From NCBI GenBank assembly GCA_002269645.1, contig NIVC01003792.1, forward strand, positions 1-64,000: DNA of 64,000 bases, in the 5' to 3' direction. The notes under the pieces were generated by a model. The model searched no databases. It was given only the letters and a program-made list of their open reading frames with translations, and had not been told where the DNA came from. Made by a program: the position numbers and the translations under genes. Of this stretch, positions 1 through 12,493 are shown in pieces; positions within the stretch are counted from its first letter, which is position 1; the number at the start of each line of letters is the position of its first letter. This stretch comes from Macrostomum lignano (taxonomy: Eukaryota).

Positions 1-630
1 CCCCCCACCGCCCTGGCATTAGTTAGTCTAGTGTATAGTGGGGCTGGGCGCCCCCACGCCCCTGGCATTAGTTAGTCTAGTGGTATAGTGGGGCTGGCCG
101 CCCCCACGCCCCTGGCATTAGTTAGTCTAGTGGTATGTGGTTAGTGGGGGGCTGGCCGCCCCCCACGCCCCTGGCATTAGTTAGTCTAGTGGTATAGTGG
201 GGGCTGGCCGCCCCCACGCCCCTGGCATTAGTTAGTCTAGTGGTATAGTGGGGGCTGGCCGCCCCCCACGCCCCTGGCATTAGTTAGTCTAGTGGTATAG
301 TGGGGGCTGCATGGCCCCCCACGCCCCTGCATTTATTAGTCTGTGCGTATAGTGGGGGGCTCGCCGCCCCCAGGCCCTGCATTAGTTAGATCTAGTGGTA
401 TAGTGGGGGCTCGCCGCCCCCCACGCCCCTGGCATTAGTTAAGTCTAGTGGTATAGTGGGGGGCTGCCGCCCCCACGCCCCTGGCATTAGTTAGTCTAGT
501 GGTATAGTGGGGGGCTGGCCGCCCCCCCACGCCCTGGCATTAGTTAGTCTAGTGGTTATAGTGGGGGGCTGGCCGCCCCACGCCCCTGGCATTAGTTAGT
601 CTAGTGGTTAAAGGGGGCTGGCTCCCCCAC
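1..630. repeat. ~58-60 bp GC-rich minisatellite (type A) in unit 1
   Basis: Tandem GGCATTAGTTAGTCTAGTGGTATAGTGGGGGCTGGCCGCCCCCCACGCCCCT, about 10-11 copies, with an internal GTGGGGG..CCCCCAC hairpin. Confidence 0.97.
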
Positions 631-943
631 CGCTCCACCACCCCTCGAGAACTTTTCCCACATCTAAACACGTCTTTGTAATATGTTACAACTATATTCT
701 AGCCTTCAAACACCAGACATCAAATACTTGCTTGCCGACATGTATCGTAATATACTTTTTGCACTAACAATCATACGTGCCGCACTAAAAGATTCACTGT
801 TACTTTTTAAATACGTATAAAAAGAAAATAAATTTAAATAAATGTAATTTAATTGTATAAAAACATAATAGTTTTAGAGAAATAAAAATACAAAAAATCT
901 GGATCTGTTTGTCTAAAAGAACTTTAAACTAAAAAATTTTTCG

Positions 944-1008
944 GATCTCTTGGGAATCGAACCCTGCAGCACTCAATTGTATGGAAACTAACTCTGCCAC
1001 TGAGCCAC
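944..1008 (-). ncRNA. tRNA-like Pol III type-2 cassette, variant A (unit 1)
   Basis: Minus strand reads GTGGCTCAGTGGCAGAG..GGGTTCGATTCCC: A box TGGCTCAGTGG, B box GGTTCGATTCC, then a T6 run. The acceptor stem does not pair, so this is not a canonical tRNA. Confidence 0.6.
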
Positions 1009-3284
1009 AATTTGCTTACTAAGTTGGCCTATAGTACACGTATTTTATATCGAATATCGCTAATAGCAGCCATTTCTACATTTTTGCTGCTTTTTCATAC
1101 ATTTCTGCTCGTTGCATCGCAACGCTTCTACCTAAAAATACGAGTCGCATGTCGTTACAGAGATAACATCAAGGCGCATTCATCCAATGCATTTTCAAAT
1201 TATGTCAACAAATTTTCGGCTGCTAGGCGCCAAAATATTATTTTCACCTGTTCTGACAGGTATCAAACAGGTATTAAGACCTGTTAACCTAAGAATCAGT
1301 TTTCAAAACTGATTTAGCTGCATAATGCATCCATAGTGCTGTTTTTAGACACCAAACTTGAGTCTCTAGGTCCGCCAATGCAGAGTTATTAGCAAAAGTA
1401 TGCTCAAATTTGCCCAAAAATGGCCTACTCAAAATTCGGAGCCAATTTTCTCAAAAATACGAATTTTCCAGCCATATTGGCGTATGACCGGTGTAACTTT
1501 AGCTATTCGACTAAACAATATTGAAAATGCAGAAAAATCGGTGCGCAAAAATTCTTATTTTTCGACTTCAAAGTTTGTACCCAAATGGGCCGTTTTTCAC
1601 TTAACAGGTAAAAAGTACCTGTTAACAGGGTTTTTTCATGAGTGTCTTATGTCATTCAAAAGAGCATCCAATAGGCTACAATTTGACACTACACTCGAAA
1701 AATTCGCCCCATTTTAAAAAATTTTCCTTAACAACGTCTGATTTTCTGCAGAGCCCCCGGCTCTTTTTTCCCTGGTTTCCGGGTCACTGCTCAGCACAGG
1801 TAGGTCCAAATGCTTAGAAAATTCAGAAAACAAATTTCCATATGTTTGACACGTTGTGTTAAAGTCTCAACACCGTAGCTTAAAACGCTTTCTTATTTTT
1901 TGGGACTACTTTTTAAAACGTGACCCAGTTTTTCGAAAACGTCGTTTTTAGGCACTCTTTGGCACCTGGGCAATTTATTAATGCCCAATCGGCCGATCTC
2001 ACATTTCCGAATAGAGGACATCCTGTTGGTGATTTGTATAGAAAAAGTAAAAAATAAACTTTTTCCATCTCGACGAGATAGGCCTTTCAAAAGTGTTCTA
2101 AAAGTTGTACTTTTAAAGTGCAGATAGGCAGCCATGTGAAAAGTACATTTTAGCCCAAAAAACTATAGCGCCATCAAACAGCCCAAGTGTTTTTAAAGGC
2201 TAGGAGGCAGCTCAAAGGCCGCGCTATCGCGCGTCCTTTTCGCTGCGGTGAGGCAAAGTTGAAAAAAATGCCAAATTTTCGACCTCAAAAACACGTTTTT
2301 GTACTTTTAGCCTAACGTTATGTACAATCAAAAAATTCATTTCGGATCATTGTAGCGTTTAAATGCCCGCGTTTACTGAGCCCACTCGCTAAGCGCTGCC
2401 ATATTTCCTGCCTCTGTAATTGAGATCAAAGTTTTTGAAAAAGTGAAAAAACGCAGTTTTTGGTTGCCATGGCAACCAAAACGCTGCCATGGCAACCAAC
2501 TATTGTGCATCGATAGCGCTAGGTCTTTGACACATTCTGGCAAAAAACTGTTTGTAAATCGGTCGTACCGTTTTTTATTGCAGCGTTTCAAAGTTGAAAA
2601 CGTCATTTTTAGTGTGTCACATCTGTTGCACATCTTATCAGGGACGATTTCGCAAAAGTAAGCAGTATAGAAAAAATTCTCGCTTCGCTCGCATTTTTTC
2701 TATACTACTTACTGGCTCATCGTCCCACAACTAGTGAATGAAAGACGCTGTCGTCTTCAAAGGTGGGACGATGGTTTATATATGTTTGTAACTTTTATGG
2801 CCTAATTTTAATTTAAAAAAAACTAAGAAGCTTAGTTGATTATAATTTAATTTAAACAAAGTTTAAGCATAACTGTTTAAAAATTAATAAAAATACTTAT
2901 GATGGTTTATTATGTACATTATTGTTTATGGCTTAATATAAATTTTAAAAAAACTAAGAAGCTTAGTTGATTATAATTTAATTTAAACAAGTTTAAGCAT
3001 AACTATTTAAAAAAATTAATAAAAACACTTATGATGGTTTATTATGTCCATTATTGTTTATGGCTATGACCTATTTATTTAACCCAAATTAAGAACTAAT
3101 TAAAACGCTATATCGTGTTTTTATATTTTACGGCTATGACGTATGAAGAACTAAATAGCTTAATGGGCTACATTTTCAATTTGATTTAAACAAAGTGTAT
3201 ACATAACTGTGGAAATATAATAATAAAAAATATTTTATTAGATTACAAGAATATCCACTCTGCTGTTGTGTAGAAAGGGTTGTT

Positions 3285-3800
3285 AAGGCGGTTGTTGTTG
3301 TTTGTTGGTTGTAAAAGGGGTTGTTGTTGTTGGGGTTTTTGTTGTTGTTGGGGTTGTTGTTGTTGTTTGTTGGGGGGGGTGGTTGTTGTTGGGGGGTTTG
3401 CGTAACGTGGGGGCTGCCGCCCCCACACCCCCGCTCCCCCACCCCTCCCGCGCGTTGTTGTTGGGGAGGGTGGTTGTTGTTGTGGGGTTTGCGTAACGTG
3501 GGGGCTGCCGCCCCCACACCCCCGCTCCCCCACCCCTCCCGCGCGTTGTTGTTGGGGAGGGTGGTTGTTGTTGTGGGGTTTGCGTAACGTGGGGGCTGCC
3601 GCCCCCACACCCCGCTCCCCCACCCCTCCCGCGCGTTGTTGTTGGGGAGGGTGGTTGTTGTTGTGGGGTTTGCGTAACGTGGGGGCTGCCGCCCCCACAC
3701 CCCCGCTCCCCCACCCTCCGCGCGTTGTTGTTGGGGAGGGTGGTTGTTGTTGGGGTTTGCGTATTGTGGGGGCTGCCGCCCCCACACCCCCGCTCCCCCA
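3285..3800. repeat. GTT-rich stretch plus ~72 bp minisatellite (type B) in unit 2
   Basis: Tandem GCGTAACGTGGGGGCTGCCGCCCCCACACCCCCGCTCCCCCACCCCTCCCGCGCGTTGTTGTTGGGGAGGG.., about 5-6 copies, preceded by (GTT)n. Confidence 0.95.
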
Positions 3801-4087
3801 CCTAACCCCTCCGCAAAATTTCCCACCTCTAACACATCTTTTTAGCACGCTAAAACTGCTTGTAAGCCTTCTGGCGACCACGCAACACATACTTGCCGAT
3901 ATGTATCGTAATACTCTTTCTGCACTAACAAATCATCTGTGCCGCACTTTCAGCTTCACTCTTACTCTTTAATAAGGTATACAAGGAAAGGAAAATTAAA
4001 CAATTAATATTAAATTATATTCAAGTGAAAGAGAATTGAAATACTAATAAATCCGTTCCTGCTAAAAAAATTAAATATAAAAAAACC

Positions 4088-4154
4088 TGGCTCACTTGGG
4101 ATTCGAACCCGGGTACATGCAGTTTACAAAGCAACTGCCTTCGGCCACGATCCA
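4088..4154 (-). ncRNA. tRNA-like Pol III cassette, variant B (unit 2)
   Basis: Minus strand GTGGCCGAAGGCAG..TTGTAAA..GGGTTCGAATCCC followed by T7; the cloverleaf is degenerate. Confidence 0.55.
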
Positions 4155-4604
4155 TCTCTCGCTTAAGCAAAGCTCTACAGTGCACGCGCTTTATATCGAA
4201 TATTCCGTATGTATGGTAGCCACTTATACGATTTTTGCTGCTTTTTCATACATTTCTGCTCGCTGCATCGCAACGCCTTAACCTAAAAATACGAGTCGCA
4301 TGTCGTTACAGAGATAACATCAAGGCGCATTCATCCAATGCATTTTCAAACTATGTCAACAAATTTTTCGGCTGCTAGGCGCCAAATTATGAATTTTACC
4401 TGTTCTGACAGGTATTCAAACAGGTATTAAGACCTGTTAACCTAAGAATCAGTTTTCAAAACTTATTTAGTTGCATAGTGCATCCATAATGCTGTTTTTA
4501 GACACCAAACTTGAGTCTCTAGGTCTCGCCAATGCAGAGTTATTAGCAAAAGTATGCTCAAAATTTGCCCAAAAATGGCCTACTCAAAATTCGGAGCCAA
4601 TTTT

Positions 4605-6295
4605 CTCAAAAATACGAATTTTCCAGCCATATTGGCGTATGACCGGTGAAACTTCAGCTATTCGACTAAACAATATTGAAAATGCAGAAAAATCGGTGCG
4701 CAAAATTTCTTATTTTTCGACTTCAAAGTTTGTACCCCAAATGGGCCGTTTTTCACTTAACAGGTAAAAAGTACCTGTTAACAGGTATTTTTTCCAGAGT
4801 GTCTTGCGCATTCGAACGGGCATCCGATGGGCTACAATTTGACACTACACTCGAAAAAATTCGCCCAGTAATAAAAATTTTTCTTTAACAACATATGTTT
4901 TTTTGGTCGAGTCCCCCGGCCTCTTTTTTCCCCGGTTTCCGGGTCACTGCTCCGCACCGGTAGGTCCAAATGCTTAGAAAATTTAGGAAAACGAATTTCC
5001 ATATGTTTGACACGTTGTGTTAAAGTCTCAACACCGTAGCTTAAAACACTTTCTTATTTTTGGAGACTACTTTTTGAAAACGTGACCCAAATTTTCAAAA
5101 ACACTGTTTTTGACCCTTGTAGCCATATAGAGCAGCAATGAATGGCCCAATCAAGCAGATCTCAGCATTTCCGAATAAAAGACATCCATTTGAGTGATTT
5201 GGGTTGAAAAATTGAAAAAATCAAGATTTGCATCTGTATAGGATAAGCCTCTTTAAAGTGCACAAACGGTTTGTACTTTTAAAGTGCAGATAGGCAGCCA
5301 TGTCAAAAGTACATTTTAGCCCAAAAAATTATAGCGCATCTAAAAGCCCCAGGTGTTGTTGACATTAGGCAGCAGCTCAAAAGCCGCGCTATTGCGCGTC
5401 CTTTTCGCTGCAGTACGGGCAAGGTTGAAAAACATGTACAAAAAATTGGCCGAAAAATTGCATTTTTAAAAATCAGATGCAGTTTGCTCAAAAATACGAA
5501 TTTTCCAGCCATATTGGCGTATGACCGGTGAAACTTTAGCTATTCGACTAAACAATATTGAAAATGCAGAAAAATCGGTGCGCAAAATTTCTTATTTTTC
5601 GACTTCAAAGTTTGTACCCCCAAATGGGCCGTTTTTCACTTAACAGGTAAAAAGTACCTGTTAACAGGGGTTTTTTCCAGAGTGTCTTATGTCATTCAAA
5701 AGGGCATCCGATGGGCTACAATTTGACACTACACTCGAAAAAATTCGCCCCATTTTAAAAAAATTTCCTTAACAACGTTTGATTTTCTGCAGAGCCCCCG
5801 GCCTCTTTTTTCCCTGGTTTCCGGGTCACTGCTCAGCACAGGTAGGTCCAAATGCTTAGAAAATTTGGGAAAACAAATTTCCAAATGTTTGACACGTTGT
5901 GTTAAAGTCTCAACACCGTAGCATAAAACACTTTCTTATTTTTTGGGACTACTTTTTAAAAACGTGACCCAATTTTTCGAAAATGTCGTTTTTAGGCACT
6001 CTTTGGCACCTGGGCAGGTTATTGATGGCCCAATCGGCCAAATCTCAATGTTTCCGAATAGAAGACATCCATTTGAGTAATTTGTGTAGAAATATTAAAA
6101 AAAAAGTTTTCCATCTCGACGCCATAGGCCTCTAAAAAGTGCACTAAAAATTTGTACTTTTAAAGTGCAGATAGGCAGCCATGTGAAAAGTACATTTTAG
6201 CCAAAAAAACTACAGCGCATCAAACAGCCTTAAGTGTTTTTAAGGCTAGGAGGCAGCTCAAAGGCCGCGCGAAAGCGCGTCCTTTTCGCTGCGGT
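4605..6295. repeat. Internal ~0.88 kb direct duplication in B-type unit 2
   Basis: CTCAAAAATACGAATTTTCCAGCC..TTTTCGCTGC occurs at 4605 and again at 5487; the two copies have diverged. Confidence 0.9.
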
Positions 6296-7184
6296 GAGGC
6301 AAAGTTGAAAAAATGCCAATTTTTCGACCTCAAAAAACACGTTTTTTGTACTTTTACCTGTGAAGTGAAAGTACAATCAAAAAATCCATTTCGGATCATT
6401 TAGCGTTCGAATGCCCGCGTCTGCTGAGCCCACTCGCTAAGCGCTGCCATATTCTCAATCCTTATTTTTTGAGATCAAATTTTTTGACAATGTCGAAAAA
6501 ACGCAGTTTTTGGTTGCCATGGCAACCAAAACGCGTTGCCATGACAACCAAACACTGCGGATCTGTTAGCCCTAGGTCTTTGACGCATTTTGGCAAAAAC
6601 CGTTTGTAAATCGGTCGTACCGTTTTTTATGCGCAGCGTTTCAAAGTTGAAAAACGTCATTTTTATGTGACACCGTTACATCTTATCAGGGACGATTTCG
6701 CAAAAGTAAGCACCATAGAAAAAAATTCTCGCTTCGCTCGCCTTTTTTTCTATACTACTTACTGGCTCATCGTCCCACAACTAGTGAATGAAGACGCTGT
6801 CGTCTTCAAAGGTGGGACGATGGTTTATATATTGTTCGTAACTTTTATGGCCTAATTTTAAATTTAAAAAAAAACTAAGAAGCTTAGTTGATTATAATTT
6901 AATTTAAACAAAGTTTAAGCATAACTATTTAAAAAAATTAATAAAAATACTTATGATGGTTTATTATGTCCATTATTGTTTATGGCTATGACCTATTTAT
7001 TTAACCCAAATTAAGAACTAATTAAAACGCTATATCGTGTTTTTATATTTTACGGCTATACTGCATTTTCAATTTGATTTAAACAAAGTTTATACATAAC
7101 TGTGGAAATATAATAATAAAAAATATTTTATTAGATTACAAGAATATCCACTCTGCTGTTGTGTAGAAAGGGTTGTTAAGGCGG

Positions 7185-7515
7185 TTGTTGTTGTTTGTTG
7201 GTTGTAAAAGGGGTTGTTGTTGTTGGGGTTTTTGTTGTTGTTGGGGTTGTTGTTGTTTTGTTGGGGGGTGGTTGTTGTTGGGGGTTTGCGTAACGTGGGG
7301 GCTGCCGCCCCCACACCCCGCTCCCCCACCCCTCCCGCGCGTTGTTGTTGGGGAGGGTGGTTGTTGTTGGGGGTTTGCGTAACGTGGGGGCTGCCGCCCC
7401 CACACCCCCGCTCCCCCACCCCTCCCGCGCGTTGTTGTTGGGGAGGGTGGTTGTTGTTGGGGGTTTGCGTATTGTGGGGGCTGCCGCCCCCACACCCCCG
7501 CTCCCCCACCTAACC
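7185..7515. repeat. Type B minisatellite in unit 3 (about 3 copies)
   Basis: Same repeat as 3285-3800 with fewer copies. Confidence 0.95.
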
Positions 7516-7796
7516 CCTCCGCAAATTTTCCCACCTCTAACACATCTTTTTAGCACGCTAAAACTGCTTGTAAGCCTTCTGGCGACCACGCAACACATAC
7601 TTGCCGATATGTATCGTAATACTCTTTCTGCACTAACAAATCATCTGTGCCGCACTTTCAGCTTCACTCTTACTCTTTAATAAGGTATACAAGGAAAGGA
7701 AAATTAAACAATTAATATTAAATTATATTCAAGTGAAAGAGAATTGAAAATACTAATAAATCCGTTCCTGCTAAAAAAATTAAATATAAAAAAACC

Positions 7797-7862
7797 TGGC
7801 CACTTGGGATTCGAACCCGTGTTTAGGCCATTTACAAAGCAACTGCCTTCGGCCCCGATCCA
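7797..7862 (-). ncRNA. tRNA-like Pol III cassette, variant B (unit 3)
   Basis: Near copy of 4088-4154; B box GGTTCGAATCC is intact and followed by a T run. Confidence 0.5.
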
Positions 7863-8313
7863 TCTCTCGCTTGAGCGAAGCTCTACAGTGCACGCGCTTT
7901 ATATCGAATATTCCGTATGTATGGTAGCCACTTATACGATTTTTGCTGCTTTTTCATACATTTCTGCTCGCTGCATCGCAACGCCTTAACCTAAAAATAC
8001 GAGTCGCATGTCGTTACAGAGATAACATCAAGGCGCATTCATCCAATGCATTTTCAAACTATGTCAACAAATTTTTTCGGCTGCTAGGCGCCAAATTATG
8101 AATTTTTACCTGTTCTGACAGGTATTCAAACAGGTATTAGACCTGTTAACCTAAGAATCAGTTTTCAAAACTTATTTAGTTGCATAGTGCATCCATAATG
8201 CTGTTTTTAGACACCAAACTTGAGTCTCTAGGTCTCGCCAATGCAGAGTTATTAGCAAAAGTATGCTCAAAATTTGCCCAAAAATGGCCTACTCAAAATT
8301 CGGAGCCAATTTT

Positions 8314-10000
8314 CTCAAAAATACGAATTTTCCAGCCATATTGGCGTATGACCGGTGAAACTTCAGCTATTCGACTAAACAATATTGAAAATGCAGAAAA
8401 ATCGGTGCGCAAAATTTCTTATTTTTCGACTTCAAAGTTTGTACCCCAAATGGGCCGTTTTTCACTTAACAGGTAAAAAGTACCTGTTAACAGGTATTTT
8501 TTCCAGAGTGTCTTGCGCCATTCGAACGGGCATCCGATGGGCTACAATTTGACACCACACTCGAAAAAATTCGCCCAGTAATAAAAATTTTTCTTTAACA
8601 ACATATGCTTTTTTGGTCGAGTCCCCCGGCCTCTTTTTTCCCCGGTTTCCGGGTCACTGCTCCGCACAGGTAGGTCCAAATGCTTAGAAAATTTAGGAAA
8701 ACAAATTTCCATATGTTTGACACGTTTTGTTAAAATCTCAACACCGTAGCTTAAAACACTTTCTTATTTTTGGAGACTACTTTTTGAAAACGTGACCCAA
8801 ATTTTCAAAAACACTGTTTTTGACCCTTGTAGCCATATAGAGCAGCAATGAATGGCCCAATCAAGCAGATCTCAGCATTTCCGAATAAAAGACATCCATT
8901 TGAGTGATTTGGGTTGAAAAATTGAAAAAATCAAGATTTGCATCTGTATAGGATAAGCCTCTTTAAAGTGCACAAACGGTTTGTACTTTTAAAGTGCAGA
9001 TAGGCAGCCATGTCAAAAGTACATTTTAGCCCAAAATATTATAGCGCATCTAAAAGCCCCAGGTGTTGTTGACATTAGGCAGCAGCTCAAAAGCCGCGCT
9101 ATTGCGCGTCCTTTTCGCTGCAGTACGGGCAAGGTTGAAAAACATGTACAAAAAATTGGCCGAAAAATTGCATTTTTAATAATCAGATGCAGTTTGCTCA
9201 AAAATACGAATTTTCCAGCCATATTGGCGTATGACCGGTGAAACTTTAGCTATTCGACTAAACAATATTGAAAATGCAGAAAAATCGGTGCGCAAAATTT
9301 CTTATTTTTCGACTTCAAAGTTTGTACCCCAAATGGGCCGTTTTTCACTTAACAGGTAAAAAGTACCTGTTAACAGGGGTTTTTTCCAGAGTGTCTTATG
9401 TCATTCAAAAGGGCATCCGATGGGCTACAATTTGACACTACACTCGAAAAAATTCGCTCCATTTTAAAAAAATTTCCTTAACAACGTTTGATTTTCTGCA
9501 GAGCCCCCGGCCTCTTTTTTCCCTGGTTTCCGGGTCACTGCTCAGCACAGGTAGGTCCAAATGCTTAGAAAATTTAGGAAAACAAATTTCCAAATGTTTG
9601 ACACGTTGTGTTAAAGTCTCAACACCGTAGCATAAAACACTTTCTTATTTTTTGGGACTACTTTTTAAAAACGTGACCCAATTTTTCGAAAATGTCGTTT
9701 TTAGGCACTCTTTGGCACCTGGGCAGGTTATTGATGGCCCAATCGGCCAATCTCAATGTTTCCGAATAGAAGACATCCATTTGAGTATTTGGTGTAGAAA
9801 TATTAAAAAATAAAGTTTTCCATCTCGACGCCATAGGCCTCACAAAAGTGCACTAAAAATTTGTACTTTTAAAGTGCAGATAGGCAGCCATGTGAAAAGT
9901 ACATTTTAGCCCTAAAAACTATAGCGCATCAAACAGCCCCAGTGTTATTGACGCTATGAGGCAGCTCAAAGGCCGCGCTATCGCGCGTCCTTTTCGCTGC
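8314..10000. repeat. Internal ~0.88 kb direct duplication in B-type unit 3
   Basis: Same duplication, starting at 8314 and 9197. Confidence 0.9.
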
Positions 10001-10667
10001 GGTGAGGCAAAGTTGAAAAAAATGCCGATTTTTCGACCTCAAAAAACACGTTTTTTGTACTTTTAGCCTAGACGTTAAAGTACAATCAAAAAATCCATTT
10101 CTGATCATTGTAGCGTTCGAATGCCCGCGTTTACTGAGCCAGCCCGCTAAGCGCTGCCATATTCTCAATCCTTATTTTTTGAGATCAAATTTTTTGACAA
10201 TGTAGAAAAAACGCAGTTTTTGGTTGCCATGGCAACCAAAACGCGTTGCCATGGCAACCAACTATTGTGCATCCGATAGCGCTAGGTCTTTGACACATTT
10301 TGGCAAAAACTGTTTGTAAATCAGTCGTACCGTTTTTTATTGGCAGCGTTTAAAAGTTGAAAAACGTCATTTTCCTATGTGACACCGTTGCTACATCTTA
10401 TCAGGGACGATTTCGCAAAAGTAAGCACCATAGAAAAAAATTCTCGCTTCGCTCGCCTTTTTTTCTATACTACTTACTGGCTCATCGTCCCACAACTAGG
10501 CTAGCTAGACCATAGACCATAGACTGAACTACCCAAGCCCGGACTAGCTAGTCTGGACTAGTGAATGAAGACGCTGTCGTCTTCAAAGGTGGGACGATGG
10601 TTTATATTGTGTCCATTATTGTTTATGGCTATGACATCTATTTATTTAACCTAAATTGAGAGCTAAA

Positions 10668-12110
10668 AAGCCCCCCACGCCCCTGGCATTAGTTAGTCTA
10701 GTGGTATAGTAGGGGGCTGGCCGCCCCCCACGCCCCTGGCATTAGTTAGTCTAGTGGTATAGTAGGGGGCTGGCCGCCCCCACGCCCCTGGCATTTATTA
10801 GTCTAGTGGTATAGTGGGGGCTGACCGCCCCCCACGCCCCTGGCATTTATTAGTCTAGTGGTATAGTGGGGGCTGGCCGCCCCCACGCCCTGGCATTAGT
10901 TAGTCTAGTGTATAGTGGTATAGTGGGGGCTGGCCGCCCCCCACGCCCCTGGCATTAGTTAGTCTAGTGGTATAGTGGGGGGCTGGCCGCCCCCCACGCC
11001 CCTGGCATTAGTTAGTCTAGTGGTATAGTAGGGGGCTGGCCGCCCCCCACGCCCCTGGCATTAGTTAGTCTAGTGGTATAGTGGGGGCTGGCCGCCCCCC
11101 ACGCCCCTGGCATTAGTTAATCTAGTGGTATAGTGGGGGCTGGCCGCCCCCCACGCCCCTGGCATTAGTTAGTCTAGTGGTATAGTGGTATAGTGGGGGG
11201 CTGGCCGCCCCCCACGCCCCTGGCATTAGTTAGTCTAGTGGTATAGTGGGGGCTCGCCGCCCCCACGCCCCTGGCATTAGTTAGTCTAGTGGTATAGTGG
11301 GGGCTGGCCGCCCCCCACGCCCCTGGCATTAGTTAGTCTAGTGGTATAGTGGGGGGCTGGCCGCCCCCACGCCCCTGGCATTAGTTAATCTAGTGGTATA
11401 GTGGGAGGCTGGCCGCCCCCACGCCCCTGGCATTAGTTAGTCCAGTGGTATAGTGGTATAGTGGGGGCTGGCCGCCCCCACGCCCCTGGCATTAGTTAGT
11501 CTAGTGGTATAGTAGGGGGCTGGCCGCCCCCACGCCCCTGGCATTAGTTAGTCTAGTGGTATAGTGGGGGCTGGCCGCCCCCCACGCCCCTGGCATTAGT
11601 TAGTCTAGTGGTATAGTGGTATAGTGGGGGCTGGCCGCCCCCCACGCCCCTGGCATTAGTTAGTCTAGTGGTATAGTGGGGGCTGGCCGCCCCCACGCCC
11701 CTGGCATTAGTTAGTCTAGTGGTATAGTGGGGGCTGGCCGCCCCCCACGCCCCTGGCATTAGTTAGTCTAGTGGTATAGTGGGGGCTGCATGGCCCCCCC
11801 CCACGCCCCTGGCATTTATTAGTCTAGTGGTATAGTGGGGGGCTCGCCGCCCCAGGCCCCTGGCATTAGTTAGTCTAGTGGTATAGTGGGGGCTCGCCGC
11901 CCCCCACGCCCCTGGCATTAGTTAGTCTAGTGGTATAGTGGGGGCTGGCCGCCCCCACGCCCCTGGCATTAGTTAGTCTAGTGGTATAGTGGGGGCTGGC
12001 CGCCCCCCACGCCCCTGGCATTAGTTAGTCTAGTGGTATAGTGGGGGGCTGGCCGCCCCCACGCCCCTGGCATTAGTTAGTCTAGTGGTAAAGGGGGGCT
12101 GGCTCCCCCA
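10668..12110. repeat. Type A ~58-60 bp minisatellite in unit 4 (about 24-25 copies)
   Basis: Direct reading of the tandem repeat. Confidence 0.97.
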
Positions 12111-12426
12111 CCGCTCCACCACCCCTCGAGAACTTTTCCCACATCTAAACACGTCTTTGTAATATGTTACAACTATATTCTAGCCTTCAAACGACCAGAC
12201 ATCAAATACTTGCTTGCCGACATGTATCGTAATATACTTTTTGCACTAACAATCATACGTGCCGCACTAAAAGATTCACTGTTACTTTTTAAATACGTAT
12301 AAAAAGAAAAATAAATTTAAATAAATGTAATTTAATTGTATAAAAAACATAATAGTTAGAGAAATAAAAATACAAAAAATCTGGATTCTGTTTGCTCTAA
12401 AAGAACTTTAAACTAAAAAATTTTTC

Positions 12427-12493
12427 GGATCTCTTGGGAATCGAACCCTGCAGCACTCAATTGTATGGAAACTAACTCTGCCACTGAGCCACA
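12427..12493 (-). ncRNA. tRNA-like Pol III cassette, variant A (unit 4)
   Basis: Identical to 944-1008. Confidence 0.6.

Noticed and set aside
944-1008. Functional tRNA (Met/Gly-like); likewise a Tyr-like reading of variant B
   Set aside because: Acceptor and T stems do not pair properly and the anticodon register is ambiguous; kept only as a tRNA-like cassette.
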